Positions 23,412-35,400 of a stretch of 64,000 nucleotides of DNA are shown here, piece after piece. Location of the stretch: NCBI GenBank assembly GCA_002269645.1, contig NIVC01002244.1, positions 216,033 to 280,032 of the forward strand, given 5' to 3'. Below the pieces are notes generated by a model, which did not search any database, was not told the DNA's origin, and saw only the letters and a list, made by a program, of their open reading frames with translations. The first letter of the stretch is position 1. Every line of letters starts with the position of its first letter. The position numbers and the translations under genes are program-made. The DNA comes from Macrostomum lignano. Taxonomy: Eukaryota.

Positions 23412-26400
23412 ATGCTTCGTGAAGTTTTTTCAAAAGGAAAGGATTTAGCTGAAAAAGTGTAAGTGCAACTCGTTTTTTGTTGAAAAAATGCTGTTTTTTC
23501 GGATTTTGTTTAAGTTTTCATGAAGTAGCTCTGTTTTGGGCCATTTGGGTTTAATCAAATTACAGCATTTTTATAACTATTATAAAATGAGGCCTATAGT
23601 CAATGTCTTTTCACCCATTAATTTTGAAAAAGATTTAGAGGAAATGAATTTAATGACCTGCAGATAGTGAATGTGAATTTATGTGATCAGTTTAATTTTG
23701 CTTTTTGTTTTTTGCATTTTGCATTTAAAATTATTATAAAAACTACATTTTATTTTTAGTAGGGTAGAACAAATAAATTATTTTATCAACTATGGCAAAA
23801 AATGACCTTTTTTGCTAGAGGAAGTGCTTTATATAGATGCATAGTCACTATACTATAAAAATAATCCAATAATAATAATATGGTGCCATGGCAATTGTGA
23901 CAATAAACTATATAAGCTATCTTATTGAATATAGAACATTTCAAAACTAATGATTATACTTATAACAAAATTTGATATATTGACATGAATGATAAATCAT
24001 TGCTAATGTGACTAAAAAATCATATTGTTTTACTTTGGTGGGCTAGATAATCTTTTACTATAAAGGTTATTACAATTTACTTCCAAGGATATTGAATATA
24101 TCTCTACTTTTTTGCTTGTGTTGTGATATAATAATATAATAATAATGCTCAAAATAAAAAAAAATATATTATTTATAATATTGCATATATTTTTGTATTT
24201 CTAGAGACTACTTTACTGCAACAAAATACTTAGACATATTTAGTAAAAAAAATAGCTTTTAATCATGTTAGGCAATAGTGTTGCCATATATTAAATATTA
24301 ATAATAATATTTCTTTTTGTAACAATAATCTATTCCATATACTAAAAATGGTCTGTGTGTGTGTGTGTGTGTGTGATCAATTTTAGCAAAAACGGCTCAA
24401 CCAATTTTGTTCAAACTTGCACTGTTTGATTAGAAATTTTCTGGTGACGGTACATGCAACGTGGCTAAGAAATTGCTCTATGCTAAAGGGATTAAATATT
24501 CGAAAAACATGCTTTTTTGCAAAGGTCAAGCAACTCTTTCGACTTGAAATGCATTGTAAGAATGCTAGAGAAAAAACTGACTGGTTGAATTCTGATTCTG
24601 AAATAGATTGCATCATCACAATAGGCTTTTTTTATCGTCTGTGTATTGGCTAAATTTTGACACTGAATTGAATTGCGTGACAGTATTGAATAACGCAGTG
24701 TGGAAGCATAGCACAATAATTGATTTATATTGCGTAACCATATTGCTAACTTTAATAGAGACTGGTACTGACTTGCCTAAGAAATTGTCATAAATGCTTC
24801 GTGTGACTTTTACTCAATTGACTTGGTATGAGTATTGCATTATATAAGTGCTACAAATTAATTTATAATTTCAATGAGAGCTAGCCTAGATGTGAACACA
24901 CTGGACTGCTAATGCAGCAACCTGGGTTCAAATCTTAGTAATGTATTAAAAAATATAAGTAGCATAAATTTTTTATAATTAATTAAAAAGACCTGGATTA
25001 TGGCGCTGGATAAACCAAGGATTATTGCACTTGATAAGCCAAGGATTACTGCACTTGATAAACCAAGGATTATTGCACTTGATAAGCCAACGATTATTGC
25101 ACTTGATAAACCAAGGATTATTGCACTTGATAGGCCAAGGATTACTGCGCTTGATAAACCAAGGATTATTGCACTTGATAAACCAAGGATTATTGCACTT
25201 GATAAGCCAAGGATTACTGCGCTTGATAAACCAAGGATTATTGCACTTGATAAGCCAAGGATTATTGCACTTGATAGGCCAAGGATTACTGCGCTTGATA
25301 AACCAAGGATTATTGCACTTGATAAACCAAGGATTATTGCACTTGATAAGCCAAAGATTACTGCGCTTGATAAACCAAGGATTATTGCACTTGATAAGCC
25401 AAGGATTATTGCACTTGATAAACCAAGAATTACTGCACTTGATAAACCAAGGATTACTGCACTTGATAAGCAAAAGATTACTGCGCTTGATAAACCAAGG
25501 ATTATTGCACTTGATAAGATAAGCCAAGGATTATTGCACTTGATAAACCAAGAATTACTGCACTTGATAAACCAAGGATTATTGCACTTGATAAGCAAAA
25601 GATTACTGCGCTTGATAAACCAAGGATTGTTGCACTTGATAAGCCAAAGATTACTGCGCTAGACAAACCAAGGATTATTGCACTAGATTAGAAAGGGCTA
25701 TTGCACTAGCCCAGACATCGATTTTTGGACTTGATGAGGAAAGGATTATTGCACTAGCTGAGAAGCTGATTATTGCGCTGTCTAAAAAAGAGATTATTGC
25801 GCTCGCTGAGACGTGGATTGTTTCACAACCTGAGAAAGCGGTTATTGCATTAGCGGAGGTAACATTTGTACTAGCTACTTGCTGTCTCGTGGATGCTTGC
25901 TCTCAAGGGGGGATACTTGCTATTTGGGAGTTGGGGGGTACTGGCTACATGTATGGGATTCTTTCTATCCAGGGATGCTTGCTATTTAGGGATTCTTGCT
26001 ATCTGCAGGATGCTTGCTATCTGGGTGGATGCTTCTATAATATCTGGGGGGTGCTTGCTATCTGCAGGATGCTTGCTATCTGGGTGGATGCTTCTATAAT
26101 ATCTGGGGGGTGCTTGCTATCTGCAGGATGCTTGCTATCTAGGTGGATGCTTCTACAATATTTGGGAGATGCTTGCTATCTGCAGGATGCTTGCTATCTA
26201 GGTGGATGCTTTAACAATATCTGGGGGATGCTTGCTATCTGCAGAATGCTTGCTATCTAGGTGGATGCTTCTACAATATTTGGGAGATGCTTGCTATCTG
26301 CAGGATGCTTGCTATCTAGGTGGATGCTTCTACAATATTTGGGAGATGCTTGCTATCTGCAGGATGCTTGCTATCTAGGTGGATGCTTTAACAATATCTG

Positions 26401-29400
26401 GGGGATGCTTGCTATCTGCAGAATGCTTGCTATCTAGGTGGATGCTTCTACAATATTTGGGAGATGCTTGCTATCTGCAGAATGCTTGCTATCTGGGTGG
26501 ATGCTTCAATCTGAGGGATGCTTGATATCTGCAGATGCTTGGTATCTTGGGTGATGCTTGCTATGAGCATTAGAGGATGCTTGCTATCTGCGGTTGTTTA
26601 CTTTTGGAGGGGGTGCTTGCTGACTTGGGAATATTTTCTATTTATAGGAAGCTATATTTTGTTGTCTGTTTGTTAATTTTAGAGAAAAGGTGATACTTTC
26701 ACTTTGCAAACACCTTTGTCCGTGGCAATTTTACACGAATAAGGTGATTTATAAATGTGAAGAAGGAATGGGTGTTTAAGAAAATGTGCTTTTTTATTGT
26801 TTTCCATGAATTATTTTTGCTCCTTTCTTTTTGGGCGCCCCGAAGGGGGGCCGCACTAGATTGCTATTATAGTTCTATCTTTGAATTAAGAAATTCTCAC
26901 TTTAGGCTCTAGCTTAAATGTTACTAAACTGAACTAAACTAAAAGTAGGCCTAGTTGTTTTCTATGGGTTTATTTATAAACCTATTTTTGCAGATGCAAT
27001 AGTACTCTATAGCCATAGCTAGAATTAAAGTGAAATACTAGTTTTATTATATTTTAAGCTAGGCTTCTATTAGGCACAGAAGTTAAAATAGTAAATGGAT
27101 CTTGATCTCTCTGAGTTCTAATTGTTAATTCTATGGCACTATTGTCAATCTAGCCAATTTATTACCCCAAACTGAACCCTGCCTGCAGCACCAATGTGGT
27201 GATGAACTACACGGAGCTGGAGGGCAAGGTAAGAGAAGCCACAAACGATGAAGCCTGGGGTCCACACGGCGAGGTGATGCAAGAATTGGCCAATGCTACC
27301 ATGAGCTACGAACAGTTTCCTGAGGTCATGGCATGCTCTGGAAACGGATGCTTTTCGATAATAAGCGAAACTGGCGCCGTGTTTACAAGGTTTGTTTGAT
27401 TGCTGAATCCGCCTCTGATCTCTCAGTCCTTGAGAATCTGCCTCTGATCCCTCAGTCCTTTGAGAATCTGCCTCTGATCTCTCAGTCCTTGAGAATCTGC
27501 CTCTGATCCCTCAGTCCTTGAGAATCTGCCTCTGATCCCTCAGTCCTTGAGAATCTGCCTCTGATCTCTCAGTCCTTGAGAATCTGCCTCTGATCCCTCA
27601 GTCCTTTGAGAATCTGCCTCTGATCCCTCAGTCCTTTGAGAATCTGCCTCTGATCCCTCAGTCCTTTGAGAATCTGCCTCTGATCTCTCAGTCCTTGAGA
27701 ATCTGCCTCTGATCTCTCAGTCCTTGAGAATCTGCCTCTGATCTCTCAATCCTTGAGAATCTGGCCTCTGATTCCCAAGTCCTTGAGAATCTGCCTCTGA
27801 TCCCTCAGTCCTTGAGAATCTGCCTCTGATCTCTCAGTCCTTTGGGAATCTGCCTCTGATCTCTCAATCCTTGAGAATCTGGCCTCTGATTCCCAAGTCC
27901 TTGAGAATCTGCCTCTGATCTCTCAATCCTTGAGAATCTGGCCTCTGATTCCCAAGTCCTTGAGAATCTGCCTCTGATCCCTCAGTCCTTGAGAATCTGC
28001 CTCTGATCTCTCAGTCCTTTGGGAATCTGCCTCTGATCTCTCAGTCCTTGAGAATCTGCCTCTGATCTCTCAATCCTTGAGAATCTGGCCTCTGATTCCC
28101 AAGTCCTTGAGAATCTGCCTCTGATCCCTCAGTCCTTGAGAATCTGCCTCTGATCTCTCAGTCCTTTGGGAATCTGCCTCTGATCTCTCAGTCCTTGAGA
28201 ATCTGCCTCTGATCCCTCAGTCCTTGAGAATCTGCCTCTGATCTCTCAGTCCTTTGAGAATCTGCCTCTGATCTCTCAGTCCTTGAGAATCTGCCTCTGA
28301 TCCCTCAGTCCTTGAGAATCTGCCTCTGATCCCTCAGTCCTTGAGAATCTGCCTCTGATCTCTCAGTCCTTTGAGAATCTGCCTCTGATCTCTCAGTCCT
28401 TTGAGAATCTGCCTCTGATCTCTCAGTCCTTTGAGAATCTGCCTCTGATCTCTCAGTCCTTTGAGAATCTGCCTCTGATCTCTCAGTCCTTTGAGAATCT
28501 GCCTCTGATCTCTCAGTCCTTTGAGAATCTGCCTCTGATCCCTTAGTCCTTTGAGAATCTGCCTCTGATCTCTCAGCTCAGTCCTTGAGAATCTGCCTCT
28601 GATCTCTCAGTCCTTTGAAAATCTGCCTCGGATCTCTCAGTCGTTTGAGAATCTGCCTCTGATCCCTCAGTCCTTTGAGAATCTGCCTCTGATCCCTCAG
28701 TCCTTTGAGAATCTGCCTCTGATCTCTCAGCTCAGTCCTTGAGAATCTGCCTCTGATCTCTCAGTCCTTGAGAATCTGCCTCTGATCTCTCAGCTCAGTC
28801 CTTGAGAATCTGCCTCTGATCTCTCAGTCCTTGAGAATCTGCCTCTGATCTCTCAGCTCAGTCCTTGAGAATCTGCCTCTGATCTCTCAGTCCTTGAGAA
28901 TCTGCCTCTGATCGCTCAGTCCTTTGAGAATCTACCTATCCGCTTCCTCAGTTCTGGATGCCACCCCCTATATTCAACAGTCCCTCCTGCTGCTCACCTA
29001 CCTGATTCGACACGGTTCGGAGCGAGTGGTCACCAGCGCCCGAGAGCACATCTACGACCTGAGAGGGCTCGAGTCCTACCAGTTTGTTGATGAGCGCGGC
29101 AAAGATGAAGGAATAAATAGTGAGTGCACAGGGTGGCTTACTGGAAGCTGAAAACTTGAGATTTGCTTTGAATATTCTTTCTTACCTGCTGCGGTGCGGA
29201 TTGTTAAAGCCTAAATGAAGCATTTTTCTGTAAAAACCATAGAATGCGAGTATACCCATCCCCTCTCTAGAATCTCCCCACTGTCTTTAAAGTCTACCAA
29301 TGATTTTAAGATGTTCCCCATTCCGATAATCTCCCCATTATGAGATGAGAATATTCCCACCCATCAGAATATCTCTAAATTTCGAAATGCTTTTTTGTCC

Positions 29401-32400
29401 TATACACTATCCTATACCCTATCCTTTACCCTTATACTATACCCCTATCCTATGCCCCTATCATTTACCCTTATCCTATACCCTTATCCTATACCCCTAT
29501 CCTTTACCCTTATCCTATACCCCTATCCTATACCCCCAATCATACTCGTATACCCCCATCCTATAACCCAATCCAAAACCCCTTATCCAATACTGTATAC
29601 CCCTATCCTATACTCCCCTATCCTATACCCCCTATCCTATTCCCCGCTATCATATGCCCCCTATCCTATACATCCCTATCCTATACTCCCCTATCCTATA
29701 CCCTCCTATCCTATACCCCTATCCTATACCCGCAGTTCGGCACAAGGCCCACGAGCTGGTGGAATTCATTCAAGACGACGACAAGCTTCGCGAGGAGCGC
29801 AAAGCTGCCCGCAAGAATCGTGACAAATATACTGGCTATTCGGGCAACTCGTTCAGCGGCGGTAGCGGCTTTGGCAGTGGCGGATACGGAGGTACCTGGA
29901 AAAGCTGTTTTACCTGGGCATAATACCCGGTTTACCTGGGCATAATACCCGGTTTACCTGGGCATAATACCTGGTTTACCTGGGCATAATACCTGGTTTA
30001 CCTGGGCATAATACCTGGTTTACCTGGGCATAATACCCGGTTTACCTGGGCATAATACCTGGTTTACCTGGGCATAATACCCGGTTTACCTGGGCATAAT
30101 ACCTGGTTTATCTAGACATAATACCTGGTTTACCTGGGCATAATACCCGGTTTACCTGGGCATAATACCTGGTTTACCTGGGCATAATACCTGGTTTACC
30201 TGGGCATTACCTGGTTTACATGGGCATAATACCTGGTTTACCTGGGCATAATACCTGGTTTACCTGGGCATAATACCTGATTTACCTGGGCATAATACCT
30301 GGTTTACCTGGGCATAATACCTGATTTACCTGGATTATCTGGGCTACCTGGTTTACCTGCGCTATCTGGGCTATTGATGGTTTACCTGGGCTCACTTGCG
30401 TTAATTGTTTTACCTGATTGGGCAAGAGTACGAGTGTAGCTAAGCGCCCACATTAACTTAGGGCTCATGCACGAAGATTGGCTGGGAGGAGGTTGTCAAT
30501 GCGATTGATGGGCCTCTGACTTTCTAATATTTGCAAAATGCCTACTGTAAAACATACTATTTAGTGTAAGAAAATGTAAATTTCCATTTATTCAAGGCGG
30601 CGCCTTCTCCGACAACTATGGTGGCGGCGGTAGCGGCTGTGGCGGCAGCCAGTTGGGCGAAATAGACGACTGGGAGGGTGGCCGGTACCGCACGATGAAG
30701 GACGACGTGATTGACCGGGTCAAGGACATCTGGAGCGCTCGCCGGCCGCCGGTAGACGAAGATTTCAAGTGAGCCTCTGTTACTAATAGCATTCGAGCAC
30801 TTTTTGAGCGCTTGTTTAATTTATGGTGAGGCATTGTCTTTTCAAACTTTGAAAAATGTCTGAATTCTCCAAAGGAATCTGTCTGAATTCCCCATAAGAA
30901 TCTGTCTGAATTCCCCATAAGAATCTGTCTGAATTCTACATAAGAATCTGTCTGAATTCCCCATAAGAATTTGTCTGAATTCCCCATAAGAATCTGTCTG
31001 AATTCTACATAAGAATTTGTCTGAATTTCCTATAAGAATCTGTCTGAATTCCCCATAAGAATCTGTCTGAATTCCCCATAAGAATCTGTTCTGAATTCCC
31101 CATAAGAATCTGTCTGAATTCCCCATAAGAATCTGTCTGAATTCCCTATAAGAATCTGTCTGAATTCTACATAAGAATTTGTCTGAATTTCCTATAAGAA
31201 TCTGTCTGAATTCCCCATAAGAATTTGTCTGAATTCCCCATAAGAATCTGTCTGAATTCCCTATAAGAATCTGTCTGAATTCTACATAAGAATTTGTCTG
31301 AATTTCCTATAAGAATCTGTCTGAATTCCCCATAAGAATCTGTCTGAATTCCCCATAAGAATCTGTTCTGAATTCCCCATAAGAATTTGTCTCAATTTCC
31401 TATAAGAATCTGCCTGAAATCCCTTAAAGTATCGCCCAGATTTGATATAAGTTTAGTTTGAATATGACCCACTAAACTTCACTGAAGACATTCCTTTATA
31501 TTGTTGTTTTTCTTCCCATGCTACTATATAAGTAGCAAAGGCAGCAGAGCTCACGGCAATGCAAACAATGCAAAGCCTGTGTCTGGCATAACATTTGATC
31601 CGCCCTGCATGGCCCAAGGCTACAGAAAGTTTGGGTTTGTAATCTAGCTGAGAATCAAATCTTGACTGCCTTAAGCTTAAATTCGGAGTTAACAATAAGC
31701 AGCATGATTTGATTTGCTAAACGTTCATATAAATAACTAATCAATAGTGTGATTGAACACTGGCAAGCCTATTTGTTATCGACTTCAACTTTTAAGTCAA
31801 ATGCACTGCCTGTTTTATCTGGCATAAACGGGATATCCGCAAATGAATTTCTATGATTTCTATGACTAACACGGGCACTTTCGGGAATGTTTAAAAAATT
31901 CTCATTTTTGTAGGTCTACTACAGTATCTTATCTTCATTTGAGCAGCTGTGAACAGAGTTATTTATGAAAAAAAATTGAATATTTCAGCTTTTAGTTTTA
32001 CCCCAATCTGAGTCATTCATTACGCTCGGTTTTTTAATTATTGTATGATAGTCAATATGTGAAGCACCGTTCCAGAACCCAAACTACCGAAACCACCACA
32101 TACCCCATACTACCACATCATTCCCCACACCTCAGGGCCCATCATTCCCTACACCTCACAAACCCATCATTCCCCACACCTCAGAAGCCCATCATTCCCC
32201 ACACCTCAGAAGCCCATCATTCCCCACACCTCACAGGCCCATCATTCCCAACACCTCACAGGCCCATCATTCCCCACACCTCAGAGGCCCATCATTCCCC
32301 ACACCTCACAGGCCCATCATTCCCCACACCTCACAGGCCCATCATTCCCAACACCTCAGAGGCCCATCATTCCCCACACCTCACAGGCCCATCATTCCCC

Positions 32401-35400
32401 ACACCTCACAGGCCCATCATTCCAAACACCTCAGAAGCCCATCATTCCCCACACCTCAGAAGCCCATCATTCCCACACCTCAGGGCCCACCATTCCCCAC
32501 ACCTCAGGCCCATCATTCCCCACACATCAGAGAAGCATCATTCCCCACACCTCAGAGAAGCATCATTCCCCACACCTCAGAAGCCCATCATTCCCCACAC
32601 CTCAGAAGCCCATCATTCCTCACACCTCAGGGCCCATCATTCCCCACACCTTAGAGAAGCATCATTCCCCACACCTCAGAGAAGCATCATTCCCCACACC
32701 TCAGAAGCCCATCATTCCCCACACCTCAGAAGCCCATCATTCCCCACACCTCAGGGCCCATCATTCCCCACACCTTAGAGAAGCATCATTCCCCACACCT
32801 CAGGGCCCATCATTCCCCACACCTCACAAACCCATCATTCCCCACACCTCACAAACCCATCATTCCCCACACCTCAGAAGCCCATCATTCCCCACACCTC
32901 AGAAGCCCATCATTCCCCACACCTCAGGGCCCATCATTCCCCACACCTTAGAGAAGCATCATTCCCCACACCTCAGGGCCCATCATTCCCCACACCTCAC
33001 AAACCCATCATTCCCCACACCTCACAAACCTATCATTCCCCACACCTCAGAGGCCCATCATTTACCACACCTCACAGGCCCATCATTCCCAACACCTCAG
33101 AAGCCCATCATTCCCCACACCTCAGAAGCCCATCATTCCCCACACCTTAGAGAAGCATCATTCCCCACACCTCAGGGCCCATCATTCCCCACACCTCACA
33201 AACCCATCATTCCCCACACCTCACAAACCCATCATTCCCCACACCTCAGAGGCCCATCATTTACCACACCTCACAGGCCCATCATTCCCAACACCTCAGA
33301 AGCCCATCATTCCCCACACCTCAGGGCCCATCATTCCCCTCACCTCAGGGCCCATCATTCCCCACACCTTAGAGAAGCATCATTCCCCACACCTCAGGGC
33401 CCATCATTCCCCACACCTCACAAGCCCATCATTCCCCACACCTCAAAAGCCCATCATTCCCCACACCTCAGGGCCCATCATTCCCCACACCTTAGAGAAG
33501 CATCATTCCCCACACCTCAGGGCCCATCATTCCCCACACCTCACAAACCCATCATTCCCCACACCTCAGAGGCCCATCATTTACCACACCTCACAGGCCC
33601 ATCATTCCCAACACCTCAGAGGCCCATCATTCCCCACACCTCACAGGCCCATCATTCCCCACACCTCACAGGCCCATCATTCCCAACACCTCAGAGGCCC
33701 ATCATTCCCCACACCTCACAGGCCCATCATTCCCCACACCTCACAGGCCCATCATTCCAAACACCTCAGAAGCCCATCATTCCCCACACCTCAGAAGCCC
33801 ATCATTCCCCACACCTCAGGGCCCACCATTCCCCACACCTTAGAGAAGCATCATTCCCCACACCTCAGGGCCCATCATTCCCCACACCTCACAAACCCAT
33901 CATTCCCCACACCTCACAAACCCATCATTCCCCACACCTCAGAGGCCCATCATTTACCACACCTCACAGGCCCATCATTCCCAACACCTCAGAAGCCCAT
34001 CATTCCCCACACCTCAGAAGCCCATCATTCCCCACACCTCAGGGCCCATCATTCCCCACACCTTAGAGAAGCATCATTCCCCACACCTCAGGGCCCATCA
34101 TTCCCCACACCTCACAAACCCATCATTCCCCACACCTCACAAACCCATCATTCCCCACACCTCAGAAGCCCATCATTCCCCACACCTCAGAAGCCCATCA
34201 TTCCCCACACCTCAGGGCCCATCATTCCCCACACCTTAGAGAAGCATCATTCCCCACACCTCAGGGCCCATCATTCCCCACACCTCACAAACCCATCATT
34301 CCCCACACCTCACAAACCCATCATTCCCCACACCTCAGAGGCCCATCATTTACCACACCTCACAGGCCCATCATTCCCCGCAACTCGAACCTACACCCTA
34401 GCTAGCAAGAACCGCACCCCACACCACGCTACCCCAGCGAGTACGAGCGCGGCGGCACCAGCATCGGCATCCCGGACAACGGCAATGGAAGCGGCGGCAA
34501 CGGTCACCTCCAGCGGCAGTCGGAATTCGGCTATCGCGATCACGAACCCACCTCCGGTTCCTCCTCGGTTGGCAACGGCGCCAATCGCCGAACAGCTCGA
34601 ATTCAGCAGCCGCGCCAACGCGTCGATTTGAGCGCCGCTGCCGCCGGCTTGAGTCGTGGCGGAGGCACCAGCGGAGGCGGAAGCGCCGGGCGCCAGGTCA
34701 TCGATCTGTCTGGCAGCACAAGCGCCGGAGCCAACGACGATGGCGACGAGTTCGCCGATTTTCAATCGGCCGGCGCTCAGGCGCAGCTGTCTAAGCAGCA
34801 GAAAACGGGCGAGGATCCGTGAGTGTGGGGTAGATCTGGGGGTGTGGGGTAGATCTGGGGGTGTGGGGTAGATCCGTGAGTGTGGGGTAGATCTGGGGGT
34901 GTGGGGTAGATCTGGGTGTGTGGGGTAGATCTGGGGGTGTGGGTTAGATCTGGGGGTGTGGGGTAGATCTGGGGTGTGGGGTAGATCTGGGGGTGGGGTA
35001 GATCTGGGGTGTGGGGTAGATCTGGGGTGTGGGGTAGAATCTTGGGTGTGGGTTGGATCCGTGAGTGTTGGGTAGAGTCAGGGGTGTGGGGTAGATCCGG
35101 AGATGTGGGGTAGATCCGTGAGTGTGGGGTAGATCTGGGGGTGTGGGGTAGATCCGTGAGTGTGGGGTAGATCCGTGAGTGTGGGGTAGATCCGTGAGTG
35201 TGGGTTAGATCCATGAGTTTGGGGTAGATCCGTGAGTGTGGGGTAGATCCGTGAGTGTGGGGGTAGATGTGTGTGGTAGATCTAAGTGTTGGATTGTTGC
35301 GCTCGTAGAGCACTGTCGTCCAATAAAAGTCAGGAAATTGTAAATTTTCATTCTCAAAGCGAGCTCCTGTGGTCGGACTTTGCCTCGACTCGGTCAACAG

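Larger units (their letters stand above)
24329..26859 (+). mobile_element. Probable non-autonomous Helitron in CLINT1 intron 1, carrying two internal tandem arrays
   Basis: 5' A|TC start followed by TATACTAAAA, a (GT)n tract and AAAACGGCTCAACCAATTTTG. 3' end has the hairpin GGCGCCCC-GAA-GGGGGGCC (26834-26852), then CTAG (26856-26859). The base after CTAG is A rather than the canonical T. Confidence 0.55.
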
